DNA from: Chrysomallon squamiferum
Taxonomy: Eukaryota > Animalia > Mollusca
Reading direction: 5' to 3'
DNA length: 64,000 nt
Assembly: GCA_012295275.1 (NCBI GenBank)
Contig: CM022678.1
Location: 8,928,001 to 8,992,000, forward strand
Of the stretch, positions 28,201-42,703 are shown one piece after another. How positions within the stretch are numbered: position 1 is the stretch's first letter; each line of letters opens with the position of its first letter. The notes under the pieces are model-generated. The model saw only the letters and a program-made list of their open reading frames with translations. It made no database searches and was not told the origin of the DNA. A program made the position numbers and the translations under genes.

Positions 28201-30286
28201 CTTAGATTAATCACTGGATTCATGTATACGTCAGGAAGTATGGGACTGAAAGATGGATGGATGATGAATAAGAGATATAAATGGATGAAGTAAAATGGTT
28301 AGCCTGGTTACAGATAGGGAGGGATGATACATTCACATAATATCCAAATAGAATAACTCACTGGATGTGATAAATGCTGGATGAATGAAAGAATAAATGA
28401 ATAGAAGCACGTGTAGTTGGATGAGCAGAAATGTGGTTAATGACAGGATGATATATTGAAACAAAAAACATTTTGTTTTAACTGTGTGACAGCATAGAGA
28501 GTGTTTGTGTGTACTTTATGTCTGTGAAGACAAATCAGTATCTCACATACTCGCTCTCACTATTTGTACCTTTAACAACCTCTAAATATCACTTATTACT
28601 CTTTAAAATAAAATGACAAATATTTACATTTTAAAAAGTGCAAATAGTTAATAAAAAATATTTAAAAAAAAGACATTATAAAATAAATTAAATTAAAAGG
28701 TAATGGTAATAAGAACAGAAAAGTAATCTGTTTCGACAAATAAATATTCTAAGTTTCAATAAGATGTACAGTGAGTTACTGATCTTTATTAAATGCTTCA
28801 TGTAAATTTTCACTGAGTTCTGTGGATCCTGATGTGCATAAACAACATTGCATGTTGAGTGAAATCCACGTCTACTGAGAACTAACTTAGAAGCAGTTCA
28901 TTATGTATATAGAATAAAGTGATAAAAGAATCAAGACAAGCCCTTAGTTTGAAAAAGCTGATGTTTAGTTGATTGTAAATTAGAACAATCCAACAAAATG
29001 TGACTCTGTTAATATACACTGACAGTGTTCACACTAAAGTGAATGTAGATTTTTCAAAACTAAACATATTGTCAAATACAACTGACCAATACTGGGAGGA
29101 CAAAGACAACTTCATCCTTCCTTGACCATCTGTATTTGCCTGTCTCCCTCCTACACTGTCACAGTCATCTAGCTAAGTGTGTTAGACATGGTATGTATGT
29201 ATGTGTGTGAATATGTGTTTTCTTATTACTGAGAGAAAAAGGGTATGTATGTATAATGTGTGTGCAAGAGTGTGTATGTATTTCTGACAGATAGAAGAAA
29301 AGATAGACTGGAAGTTTGATAGACAGACTGATACAGAGACAGACATACAGAGATATGTGTATAATTAGGAAAATAGAGTGACAGACACAGAGATAGACAT
29401 ACAGAGAGATGTGTATAATGAGATGGATATATAATTAGTGAGAGACAGACAGACACAGAGACAGACATACAGAAAGATGTGTATAATGAGAAGGGTATAG
29501 AATTAGCGAGATAGACTGACAGAGAGGAAGACATAAGATAACAGGCATACAGACAGATACAGACATATGTATAGAGAGCTAAACTGATAGGCATATGAGT
29601 AATAAAGTGTTAGTAAGTTCATGTATTAGAGAGAGAGGATGGGCTTTTGTACATGAGTAAGTGGATTAGAGTGTTTCTGTTGGTATATGTGTGTTTTATA
29701 GACAGATAGATAGATAGATAGATAGATAGACAGACATACTGGCAGGCAAGTAAATTCATTGGTAGGGAGACACAATAAGGACATTTTGGAGATAACATTA
29801 TTATGAATGAACACAGGGATAGAGCAGTGGACAGAAAGCTGTTTGTTTTGATTATCAATGACATATTAATTGTAAAATAATTCCTAAAAGCTAAGAATAC
29901 TAAATATATTTCAATATACTCAGTCTTTCAAGGTAATTTCTTTTCACAATTCTGTATATAAAAATATTAAAAATATTTCAGTATCCATGCATTGTCATTT
30001 ATTCCTAAATTTACTGTCATTTTTAAATACATTTTTAAATCTGGTTTCAAAAGTCCAATAAAAATCTCTTTCTATAAACCTGCCTGTCTACATGAGAATC
30101 TCTCAGTTGTACATTTGTACATATTTCTATCATCCTTTCTGTCTCAACTAACAAAGCACACCAACCTCTACCCATCTCATTGTCAGTTCTGTTTATCTAT
30201 CCATCATCTACATGTATATGCTGCTGTCAGTCTATGTGTGTGTGTGTTTTGTCATCTCTCTCTCTTGCTCTCACACACACACACAT

Positions 30287-30326
<40 letters not shown>

Positions 30327-30414
30327 CTAAACTATTCTGTTATTTTGTAAAGTATTTATTTCAAAGAATCTAAAATCTAAAATCAACTTGTACACAGTCC
30401 AATGTAATCAAACA

Positions 30415-30488
<74 letters not shown>

Positions 30489-31079
30489 GTAGTAGTAGTA
30501 GTAGTAGTAGTAGTTGAAGTAACAGAAGTAGTACTATTATTAAGACAAAAATCGAAAAGAGATAGTGCACGCTTTTCAAACAAATATGTAGACAAGATAA
30601 ATCAATTAACAAAAGAATAAATAAATAAATAAATAAATAAATAAATATGTTACGGTCTCTCTAAGTGAATTTTGTTCTTTTTCAGATTTTTCTTCAGCAG
30701 TGATAAAACTCGTTTGTATAGTCGACTCACACAGAAAACGTTCAATCTCGAATATCATTTGGAAATTCCCAGATCTATTTTTGGAAAGTGCGCTTTTATA
30801 ATTTTTACGAGAAAAAACGGAAGTTAATGTGAAACTTATATTCTGTTTTTATGTTTCCATATATTATATTGTATTACATTACATTACATTACATTACATT
30901 ATACCTGTATTACATTACATTATGTTAAGTTGTACAGGACTGTTGTACGCATGTTATAACAATGAATAATCAAAATCCCATCTTGAACAAAACACATACG
31001 TAAGTACTCCATCTTTATTCTCCAGGAAATAAATAAATAAAGACAAATGGTCTATGTAATATTTACTGATATATATATT

Positions 31080-31110
<31 letters not shown>

Positions 31111-31275
31111 AACAACAACAACAACAAACAAACTCACAGGGAGGGATACATATCCAAACACAACAACAACAACAACATACCAAAGAGGTATAACTCAACT
31201 ACAGTTCGGTAGATACCGCTCAGCGAAATAAAATATTTACTACTTTGCTTTTTTGTTGTTGTTATTTTTGCTTTA

Positions 31276-31351
<76 letters not shown>

Positions 31352-34102
31352 TGTTTGTAGAGAGCTTGAAGAAATTTAAAATTTTTAAAATTAAAATTTA
31401 ACAAATGCCTTTGTAGTTAAAAAAATATATATATATAAATATTTCTTCCTGCTATTTAACTTTTTTCGAGAACTGAGTGGAATAAAAAGAAACTGTGGAG
31501 TAGCTGGTAATAGATTATGAACTAAATTTAATAATCTCATCAGTGACTTTCTTCAAGCCTGTTAGACATAAAACATTGATTCAGTTTTTAAATTATATAA
31601 TGGACTCTGTCAAAACCGGTCTTTTATTAGTCCGGATCTTTTGTAACGGAACTGATTCGAAATCCCGTCCAGCTATCAAAACACTAATTCTGATTTCGAG
31701 AGTAACTTGCAGAAGAAAAGAACAATTTAAATAGAATCACTTCTTAAACAATGACTGCAATTTATTACGACACAAAGATACAGCAGACAATTAAATATCT
31801 AAAATACTTAACCGATTTCAGCCAAATTTAGTTTAAAAAAAATAAATAAAGCAACAACAAAAACCCCACAAAACAAAAGAGAAGCGAGTAAAACGGACGA
31901 AGCCCGACACACTTCACACTGACAAATTAACACAGGCCACCGTTTGTTCTCGTTTTTCTAGCCCACCTCTGTTGTACACTCTAACTACACCCTCCAGAGT
32001 TATCCCCCTACAGCAGAATTATAAAATATAACAACACAGAACAACACTGTTATAATACTTAAGACACACATTTTGCGTTTTCTTGTTGAATTCTAGAGTG
32101 TAAACATATTGCACTCTTACTGTACTTTGAAGTGAAATTAAGAGAAGAATATTCATGAAATCAACTGTGTAAACGGAGATATTTAGTATTTGCAATTTAA
32201 GACAGGAAGATAAACAGTGTGTGTGTGTGTGTGTGTTTGTGTGTTATAGGAAATGTTGTTTTTATCAAGAAATATGTGTAATTATTGAACTGAAAGCAAA
32301 GTGGATAGAGGTGGTGATGGTCTATTGGAACCCTAGGTATCGACAGAGGCTAGCATCTGTAGAAAAAATAAACTGTGACATTAAAGACATGTTTGTTTGT
32401 TGGTTAGGAGAAAACAATACAGCTGAATGGACTGCTGGACACATATTTAAGTCTGTGTGTTTGGGTGTGGGTGTGTAAATAGACATGGATAAGATTTTGT
32501 GTGTTTTGATAGGAATGTAATCCAAAATGCATGTTTGTTTTTTCTTGAATCTTTAAAATCCAAAATAAGATCACATTTATTTATTTATTTATTTATTTAT
32601 AATAAACAGTTAAAACTTGTCTTTGATTTTTCATTTTATTTTCTATGTTACAACGCAATTCAGAAACGGAAAATTCATATAATCTTATAGACCTTCTAAT
32701 TAAAATACCTATGAATTTATCCATTTAAATAAATTTATTTAATATAATTGTAACAGAAGAATTTATGATTATTAAGTACGTTATTTGGGTTAATATATCA
32801 AAACAATATAAATAAAAATTATCCTCATCAATAGAAATTTGTTTCTCCATTATGATAATGCTATCTAAAATTTTATAACTGGAAACAAAATAATTTGTAA
32901 TATTTTTTTTCAACAAAAATACTTTATCATATGAAAAATATAATTTCAGAAAAACTTCAAAAAATTCTAGAATTTCTGGTTTATCCAGTAAAACTATATT
33001 AATAAAATATACAACAAGAAATCAAAAAGAATACTAAGACTATATTTTACTAAAAATGTTTAAACTGATATATAATTTGACAGATAAAGTAACCTGCAAA
33101 TTACTAATTAAGTAAATTTCTAATTTCTGAGATTATCTTTCAAATACAGGCATATGTAGGTTTACATATTTCCTTCCATTTTGTATTTTATTAACATACT
33201 TTTACTGGGTAAATCTTTACCACAAGTCTTGGTATTTTATATTTGGGTTATGTGATTAAGTAGATTATTCTTTAAAACAAATAAAAAAAAAAAAAAAAAA
33301 AAAAATTATATATACATATAAAACACAATACAAGAAATATATTTAAAAATAATAAAAATAAAACACGAATAAAACATCTTCCTCGAAATAAACATTTTAT
33401 TATAAAACATTTTTTTTTTTTTTATCCAAGTAATCAATGATTTCTAAGATCAATCATATTCATCTTCTTTTCAAATTTGTATCATAAGAATTAATATCAT
33501 GTTTTTCACCATTGTTTGAAATACACTTTGAAATAATCATCATTTTCCCTATCATGTATTGTCTGAATGTTTTTACTTTTCTCACTCATTAGTATCATTT
33601 GAAATATTTGTTATTGTTTAAGTCTGCTGCAGACTTGTCTGTACTTGGTGCTGTGTCTGGTCAAACATTTTTCTCACTGCTGTGACTGACTGAAAACAGA
33701 GCCAGAACTGAATCCAGCATCTGTTTCATGATTTCTGAATCAGTCTGGCATCAACTATCAAAACTTTGATAGCAAAAACTCAAATCTTCATCAAACTTGG
33801 CCACATATTTTCATTTCTGCTTCCATATGTCTGTGCAGTGAACTGCATCAGTCCATCCTACAAATAATAATAATAAGAAGAAGAAGAAGAAGAAGAAGAA
33901 CAACAACAACAACAACAACAACAACAAAAGTAATAATTCTGATATTAACAAGAACAATAGTAATAATAAAAGTATCTACTGGTCTAATATTTTAATACTA
34001 ATATTAATCATAATAATAATTAAGAGAGAGATTAATTTATTATTTTTAAAAATTATTATTATTACAAATAATCAAAAGACGTGCTGATAAAAAGAACTCT
34101 CA

Positions 34103-34430
34103 GTGTGTAAAATAAAGTTCAAGTTTGTGAATTAATAAAAGAAAGAAAGAAAACTCAGATGAACTGGTCACCTGTAGACTGCACACACAACACACCAGCT
34201 CTGCATGTCAGATTATTTTCTGTGTGTAAAATAAAGTTCAAGTTTGTGAATTAATAAAACAAAGAAACAAAACTCAGATGAACTGGTCACCTGTAGACTG
34301 CACACACAACACACCAGCTCTGCATGTCAGAGTACGAGTCTGTGTGTAAAATAAAGTTTAAGTTTGTGAATTAATAAAACAAAGAAACAAAACTCAGATG
34401 AACTGGTCACCTGTAGACTGCACACACAAT
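34103..34430. repeat. 119-120-bp tandem repeat (~2.7 copies)
   Basis: GTGTGTAAAATAAAGTTCAAGTTTGTGAATT...CAGATGAACTGGTCACCTGTAGACTGCACACACAA starts at 34103, 34222 and 34342. Confidence 0.92.
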
Positions 34431-35535
34431 TTCTCATTTAACTGTCATACTCCCTCTATTACTTCTACTACTGAAACAACAAAATTACTATTAGTACTTC
34501 TACTACTACTACAACTAGTACTATGAGTACAGCTAGTATTTTTCTGACCATTTGTCACACAAGATACATTATGATCACAAAGCATCACCGGCTAAAATAT
34601 CAGCTATTACAACAAACACAAACTAATGCTATAACAACTACACTACTACAACAATGGGTTGTACTACTTTTCCTGCTAAGAAATGAAACAATGCCAATTG
34701 AAATATGGAAATATGGAAGAGTACTAAGTTAGGAAGCTATTTGTATATTACAATTACATTACTTATTGTTATTAACATCTCTGTCTGCTCTGCTGTCTGT
34801 GTGTGACCCATTCTCAAGTTTAGGTAACAACACTTGTTCGTTTTGTTGTATGTTTCTGAAAAAGTAAAAACAAATATAATTTAATTTTGTATTGTTTTTA
34901 TTAGTAACATAATTTGCTGTTATATGTATATAAATGCCATTTACTGATAGAATGTTTGTTGAAAAATCAGAAAATCTTATAAACAAATTTCATTATAACC
35001 TGATAATTGATAAACATAAATTCTGCTAAAATGCAACAAATCTGAAATAAAGAAGAAATATTTTATTTAAGAACACACACCACGTTTTTTGTATCACTAG
35101 TTATTTTTTTCATAAAAGGTAAATAACAATACAGCTAATGAAAAAGAAAATGTGTTTCTGCAATATAAAGTGACACCTTTTTTAAACAAGAAGTCAAAAA
35201 TCTACTTTTAATATACAAATGTCCAGAGAAAAAAAACACAAAAATATCATTAACATTAAATCAATACATAAATTTTCTTCTGTAAATAATTTTGAATAAT
35301 ATATCTTCCATTTACTGTTTTTAGTTCTTTAATAGAATTCGATTTCTGTTTTGATTTTTGTGAACTGAAACAAATGATGTATTTCTAACCATATCTAGAT
35401 TCCACTGAGCTTCAGATCTTAAAATAGCACCATTACACCAACCCCCACAAAAAACCCCACTCCTTATCTTAGATATTAAGATTCATAAATTTACTTTATG
35501 CTAAGAAATATATAAGAACACAAATTCAACTTCAC

Positions 35536-35656
35536 CTGCTCTGATTTTTTTTTCTCTTTTCAAATGGCAGAAGTACAAACTTCATTTAACCAGAAAATAA
35601 TTGTATCCTCAGTGCCTGATGGAAGTTCACTGGATGTGTTAAAAGTTGTAATTACT
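35536..35656 (-). pseudogene. CAMSAP: Extra CAMSAP CH exon copy (copy D)
   Basis: AG/GT-bounded 121-bp exon reading RVITTFNTSSELPSGTEDTIIFWLNEVCTSAI* (cf. CAMSAP RFSTFSASKELPYDLEDAMVFWINKV). Flanks 35450-35910 duplicate 37550-37610 and 38120-38470. Confidence 0.8.
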
Positions 35657-36149
35657 CTGAACATTTTAAAATTGCTTGTTCAGTATGCTGCATGTAAAGA
35701 CTGAGGCCTCATTACATTATATGATAAATTATACAAAACATGCACCCCAAATTTCATTCTCCTTCTCCCTCTCTCCCTATATCTCCATTCCTTCAGCCTC
35801 TCTCTCTTTCTCTCATACATTCATACATGTACATGTTTAACTGTAATTATTCTCCTTCTTTCCAGCTATCTGTTAATAATCTGAGTAGAAGGATGAATGT
35901 TTTTAAATACTTTCTTTATTGGCAGCATTTTGAAATACTGGCCATTACATACGGATCTTTTAAAGTCTGAAACCATCTAGTTTGAATAATAAAATTGTAT
36001 TTAGATAGGTAAAAACATCATTCAGTATATACACTAAAACTGAATATTTTTACCATATATTCACCATTTATCATCTAAAGTATAGAATGAAGAAAATAAT
36101 CTTTAACAGAGCCAAACAAACTCATTTTAATAGATCTCTCAGTTAATTG

Positions 36150-36960
36150 TAACATTTGTTCTAAAGTTTGTATGTTACTCAAATCATGATGCTTATTTAC
36201 AACTAGTTTAGGATAGTCTCATTTTAAAGCATTTTGTATATTATAGTATTTTTCGTTGTCTAATTTTCTCTTATTCAGTGAAAAATGTTTTATATTTTAA
36301 GTTATTTGATCAAACAACAGGTTCAGTCTGTAACAAAGGACACTCAGAAGCATTATTAATTACTTCAACAAGAGCTTTACAAAAAAGTTCATCTTTCAAC
36401 AATTCATTATTAAAAATCCAACTACCCTGACCTCTCTCCAAACAAGAAAAATCTATTTTAAGTGATAATAAATTGTGATCACTAACTGAGGTATAGGATA
36501 TGTATACAATACTCATAAACTGTAATAAATTTCTAAAAATTAAAACAAAATCAATTCTTGACTGATTTATAGTTTTTTCAACAATTTGAGATCTAGTAAA
36601 CTCTCTTTTATCTGGATTTCTGTGTCACCAAATATCAACTAAATTATAATTATAAATATCTGACTGTAATTCATTACTACTTTTCATACTGAAAGTTTTA
36701 TTAATTGCTAAATCTAAATCTAAAATTTCATTAAAATCTCCTGTATTTGATGTATTTTAAAAATCCACAAATTTACATAATCATTTAAAAATAAAATATT
36801 TTCTGCAATATTATTTGGTGCATATACACTTGTAAAACTATATTCATCACCATCTATTTTAGTATTAATTTTTAAAATCCTGCCTGCAGTGTCACAACTA
36901 TCAAAGGTAAACTTCAATCTTTTGATATCAGTATTGCTACACCCCTCCAGTATAAACACT
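36150..36960 (-). mobile_element. L1/Tx1-clade APE endonuclease relic
   Basis: Motifs GRILKIN...SVYAPN, GDFN, LVDIW.HRNP.KREFT, QSRIDF, SDH and RGQGSWIFNNELLKDELF. Frameshifted. Confidence 0.88.
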
Positions 36961-37081
36961 AAAACTGAATACGACAAAATTCCAATGTTTCCAGTACAAT
37001 AACAAATTTCATAAATTCATATTAAAAGATACAATTCAATTGTGGACTTGGAATGTAATTAAAAAGTCTCACAAAATTTAC

Positions 37082-38725
37082 TTTCTGCTTCCTGACCATT
37101 CAGCAGCTGTCCTGTCTCTGTCAGTTTTATCATTTCAAACCAGAAGAACAGCTCTGTGAGAAAGGCTAAGAGGTTTTCTCGTATACTGTCTCGTGTGTAC
37201 AGGAGATCCTCGTAGGTGAAATGGAAAAAGCTGATGGAAGATGCCCATCACAGAATGTTTTGGTGAGGCGTAGATTATGTAAAGAATTAGCTATTCCTAA
37301 CCCATCTTTCAAACATATATCTGAAGAAAATATAAACAACACTGAGGCAATTAATATTTAATAACACAGTAAAAGAGGTTAAGGAGGATGAAAAGGATGT
37401 GATAACTGACAGACAGACAGACAAACAGAGAGAGAGAGAGAGAGCAAGCGAGAGATTTGTACAAATTATATTCAAAACCAAAAAAAAAAGAAAAAAGACC
37501 TAATAATAAAATATGAATTTTGTTGATTATGAAATATAAAATCAAAAAGTGCCCCAAAACCCCATCCTCTTTTAACTAGATATTAAGATTCATAAATTTA
37601 CTTTATGCTAAATTTAAAGTTACCATGTGATTCATACTTTTTATTTACAAAAAAGTTGTTATTTAACAAACCATGAAAAGTGAGACACTTCAGACAACAG
37701 AGATGACAGACAACAGCTACTGTACATATGTCTCATATGTCTTTTAGTATGTCTGTCATCACAGGAACAGTCACACTGTCTGAAGGGCTGGCAGTTCCAA
37801 TCTGGTAACAGGAAAGTTAAACATTTTAAAATATGATGCTTCTTGTCTTCTTCTTTTGTTTTATAATATAGAAATTTACAACAAAATAATCATATTTATA
37901 TGAATGTAATTATAGGAATGTGAGTGTGCCTGACAAATGTACATGGTAAAAAGTGTACTGTGTGTTTACAAGATACTAATGTAGTTTGTGTGTATGTGCA
38001 TGTCTACCTACTGATATATTATTAACAAACTGCAATCTCCTGCATTAAACTAAATTAAACTTAATTATGTTTAGAACAATGAGAAATATTTAAATAAAAT
38101 CAACTCAAATTAAAAACAATGCAGCAGTACAAACTTTATTGAAGCAGACTATAAGTGTGTCCTCAGTCCTGATGGAAGTTCACTGGATGCGTTAAAAGTT
38201 GTAATTCATCTGAAAGTTTTAAAATTGCTTGTTCAAAATGTTTAATTTAAAGTATGAGGTCTCTTTATGCTATATGATAAATTATACAAAACATGCACCC
38301 CAAATATCATTCGCCTTCTCCCTCTCTCCCTGAATCGCCATTCCTTAATCCTCTCTCTTTCTCTCATACATTCATACATTTGCATGTTCAACTGCAATCA
38401 TCATAATCCTTTGCCTTATTTTCAGCTATCATTTAATAATCAAAGTAGAAAAATGAATACTTTAACTATACCTCAGCTTTAACTGAAATATAATTTACCA
38501 AAATATAAAAGGAAGAAAAGTAAATCAACTTTGACAGAGTCAAACTAACTCAGTTTAATAATAAATAAAAAAATCAAATTTTAATATTTAACAAGATAAT
38601 AAATGTAAAATAAATAAATAAATAAAAACAACAGCATACCTGATGGCTGGTACAGGACATTCTACTGAAACAACTTCACTGGCATATGCCAACATCACAA
38701 CATCAATTAGAGCCATATGTACGTT
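37082..38725 (-). pseudogene. CAMSAP: CAMSAP/Patronin CH-domain exons, copy B
   Basis: Exons: 38640-38725 (NVHMALIDVVMLAYASEVVSVECPVPAIR), ~38120-38209, ~37672-37803, and 37082-37320 (DICLKDGLGIANSLHNLRLTKTFC...FHFTYEDLLYTRDSIRENLLAFLTELFFWFE). Contains frameshifts and stops. Confidence 0.9.
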
Positions 38726-39059
38726 CTGAAAGTCAAAAAGAAATAAATAAAATAATAATAAAAATAATAACAAAGCAGTTATAAATAAATAACTAATACC
38801 TCTGTTATTATCAAAATTTAAATTTAACTATTTTATTCAGACAAAGTAGGCTGTGGGATATCTTCAATATATTTTGTTATTAATAAATAATGTAACACAA
38901 TTATTATAATATTAAACTGATTACAAAACAATAGCAAATAAGTGATTTTTATTACACTATTTTATAATCAATAAACAGTTGCTACAAATCTTATTTACTC
39001 TCTAAAACACAAACATAAAATAGTGATACAGTGCTGAGTGATACACATTACATCATGAT

Positions 39060-39330
39060 CATGTTTACCTCGTTCCATGCCTGATAATCCGCATCCGATT
39101 CACGCTTGTATTCGCACAAACATAAAACATCCCAATCCATTTGGATTCTCGTGAAATATTTCCAAAATTCTATTAAATTGAATAATCAACAAGTAAAACG
39201 TTACCGAATCAAAAATAAAAATAAACTGGCTGACAAACATTAGTTCATACAGGTTTGAAAAGCGTAGCATACATTCGAATCCGTTTATGTTCGAAACATC
39301 GTGGTTTATCGAGACTGGTCTGGCCTTAAC
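39060..39330. promoter_or_regulatory. CpG-retaining segment between the divergent CAMSAP and EGF fragments; possible first exon or promoter remnant
   Basis: Local CpG density is well above the flanks. The minus strand has CATGGAACGAG|GTAAAC (ATG followed by a donor). The mirror copy is at ~56090-56355. Confidence 0.35.
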
Positions 39331-40094
39331 CTAATTTTAGTTAGTATTTAAGAATTAATTAATTTGTTTATTCTCACAAAAATTATTATAAAATTTGTAG
39401 AAATTTATTCTGGTTTCAGACCAACATGTGATTTTTAAATATTTGTTTTAATTTTTTTTTCTAAATGATATGTGATAAATTTTATAACTTCTGTTTTTTT
39501 TTTTTTTTTTTTTAACTACAATTTATTTATTAGGCTTGTCAATGATAAATGTAATTTTTCTCTCTACAGGATAAACAAGCCTTCTGCTGACCAGAAAAAA
39601 GACCAAGGTTGACCACTTGACCATGTGTGTAGTGCAGCTTTCAGTGAAGAACATGACTTCTCCAGTCCTGGCAGTTAAGAGAAATTTGTACAGACTCAGA
39701 CACTGAGATGTGCTCAACATGTTTGTAAACAGATGCTGGGTATAATGGACAAATAATTCAGTTTTGATAAATTACTTAAGGCCACCTGAGAATGTTTTAA
39801 AATTAATACTATGTTAATTTTGTTACTATTAATTAGGTATGTTTAAGTGAACAATGAGTTAACAGTGAAAAGACAGTGATTTATATCTATCATTAATTAA
39901 TTCTATGATTATTGTTTGTTTATTTAATTTTTTAAATGGTAAAAAAAAGTCATTATCATTTTTGAACTGATGGTGTTTTAAATGTTGTTTATATTAATAT
40001 TAAATTGAGGTAAACAAAAAAACTGATTAAAAAAATGAAGAAAAAAGAAAGAAGTCAAAAACATTTTTAAAATAATAGATTACTTTTGTTTCAG

Positions 40095-40350
40095 ACTTAG
40101 AATGTAGAAGTCAGAGTTTGACATGGGAACAGATTTCTCATAAAGCTGAAGGCAGTTTATGTCAGTATGGTTACCACTTGAAAAAAGTATGAGAAAGGTT
40201 AGTATTGTTTTTCTTTGAACTGTAGTGTACCTATCAAAGCAAAAAGTTCAAGGGCTGCCTGTCTTGTCTCAGATGAAGGTGCAAGGGCTGCCTGTCTTGT
40301 CTCAGATGAAAAAGTCCTTGGTTTCACAAATATTGAAATAAGCTTTTTTC

Positions 40351-40383
<33 letters not shown>

Positions 40384-42703
40384 GTGTAGATATAAATGAG
40401 TGTACATCAACTGATGTCAGTATTACTAAGTATACTGATACTTGTACTAACAGAATCAGTGGATTCACTTGTTCCTGTCTGGCTGGGAAGAAGCTTGAAA
40501 ATAACCAGACAACATGTGTCAGTAAGCAGAATTTCTCATCACAAAATACAATAATGTAAAAATAATTCATTAAATATTTTAAAAACATAATTATATTTTG
40601 AAATCTGAAGCAACTTATTCTGTAAAATTAGAAATTTTCATGACATTTAGATTATACTTTTAATATAATTTTATAAATTTTGTTTTATAATAAAAACTAA
40701 CACAAAAATTTGATTTTAATTTAATTTATTTATTTTCATATTGGATTTTATTTTTCCCTCTCAGACCACTGTCAGTGTAAAGCTGGCTGGGTGGTGTGTG
40801 ACGTGAAAACAACAGAGATGAATGTAGTGTTTCAACAGTTTCATGTCAAGCAAACAGCAACTGCAAAAACCTGCCAGTCTCCTATCATTTGAGTGTAAGA
40901 CAGGATATCACAACTTGTCAGATGAATAGTTAATAAATAGTTAATTACTCAATATTAAAAATTTGAAATTATGTTGTTTTATTTAATAAAGAGTTATATG
41001 TTAGAAATAATTCCTTATTATTTATGAAACAGTTATGTTACTAATGGTTTATTATTATTATGAAATAGTTATATGTTATAAATAATTCCTTTGTATTTAA
41101 TAAATAGTTATATGGTCAAAATGTTTGCTGATTACTGTATAAATACTGATAATTATAAAAATGATTCATTTTATTTAAAAAATAGTTAAATGATGCAAAT
41201 TATAGATTATTTCATAAATAGTTTTGTGATTTTAATTACCAAAGAAAACAGAATGGATATTTTAAACTGAAAAATTACATAGAAATGAGTTAATTAATAC
41301 AGCTGTCACAAAATTAACTTTTTCTGCATTAAAATATAATAAATAAATAAATGTAATAATAAAAATATCATTTTATACTTGTTAATAATTTTTTTTTATT
41401 CAAAATTAAGAGAATGTTTATTTAACACAGAAAATCAGCTTTCAGTGACTAAGAAATTAACATTGTTAAAAACAACAAAAAAAAAAGAAACAAAAACAAA
41501 CCCCGTTTGGTACCAGCTAACTTTAGTTTTGCAGTTTGAGTCAAATTAATTTTTAGGAACATTACCAACAAAAGTAAATAAAGATAAAAATAACAATCAT
41601 TTTTAGAACTAATAATTAAACTATTATTAAACAGATATTTATTAATTCATTCATTCAACCATCCACTCTTTACCTTCCTCATTTGTTCACTGTCACCACC
41701 TTTATCATTCATTCAGTCATTCTTGCAAAAGATCAATTTTTTTAAATTGTTCAATGAGTGTTTATTATTCATTCTTGTACTAAACTGAGAAAAGCTACAT
41801 TTGTTCTTGTCACAGTGGTTACAAATAACTAAAGATATTTTTTCAATTTTAATAGTGACAAAATTATAAAAATATTTTATTTTCATTTGTGACAGAATGT
41901 GATAAAATTGTAAATTATTTTTGTTGTGACAAAATATAATAAAGTTATAAAAATATTTTATGTTAGTTGTGACAGTGCTGCAGTGAACAGTTCGTGTGAA
42001 CAGGGCTGCAGGGTGCATGACACAGTGGAGCAGTGTTTGTGTAGAAATGTTTACCTTGAATTCAGACAACAAAACATGTTCAGGTGACTCAGTTCTATCT
42101 GGTTCTCAGGTTAAATTGTTCACTTCAAGCATTCTTAGTTTATTCATATTTCCAGTGTAAGTGTTATCTCTTTGAATCTGAATGGTCAGCATTTCTACCA
42201 TTATCTGTTCTTTTTTATTATTATTATTAATAATGTCATGCTCATTATATAATCAGCAATCAGTGTGTAGCTTGGGTATGCATTAGTAGCTTTTGTGCTA
42301 TTCAAATAGTTAAGTTAAAGTTCTCTTTTCTGGTATTAAGACAAATTTCAAAGCAGTTAATACTATTTCAGAAACTTGTAAACATCTATGAATGATTTTT
42401 ACTTTTATTAATAATAATTACATCCATGTAATTCAAACCTGACTAATTTTATAAACTGCTCAAAACCTCTCAGAATCTATGAATCTTACGTTTTGGTTAA
42501 TCCATATATTTCTTATAAATAATTTCTGTGTAAATGATATCTGATTATTTTCAGAAACTTGTCAAAAGTTTAATTGTTGTTAATGATTGAAATATGATTT
42601 TTCTGTTTCTGTCTTTCAGATGCCAATGAATGTTTTGAAAATATTATCACATGTACCTGTATGGATGTTTATACATGGGAAACTGACAAAATTACTTGTA
42701 GAG
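40095..42703 (+). pseudogene. Decayed EGF/calcium-binding EGF exon array (fibrillin/mucin-like gene fragment)
   Basis: Exons at 40095-40197, 40390-40521 (phase 1-1, DINECTS...TCTNRISGFTCSCLAGKKLENNQTTC, one Cys to Tyr), 40765-40927 (CQCKAGW...DECSVS..SCQANSNCKN...CKTGY, frameshifted), 41967-42083 (SCEQGC...QCLC...SDNKTC) and 42620-42703 (DANEC...TCTCMD...DKITC). Confidence 0.82.

Noticed and set aside
26754-29864. Cys/Val-rich, Tyr/Ile-rich and Phe/Ile-rich ORFs
   Set aside because: They are translations of (TG)n, (ATT)n, (TTTA)n and (GATA/GACA)n low-complexity DNA.
32322-32525. Possible L2 LINE fragment (RYLGF, YIPIK)
   Set aside because: The motifs are very short and in the wrong order for L2 ORF2.
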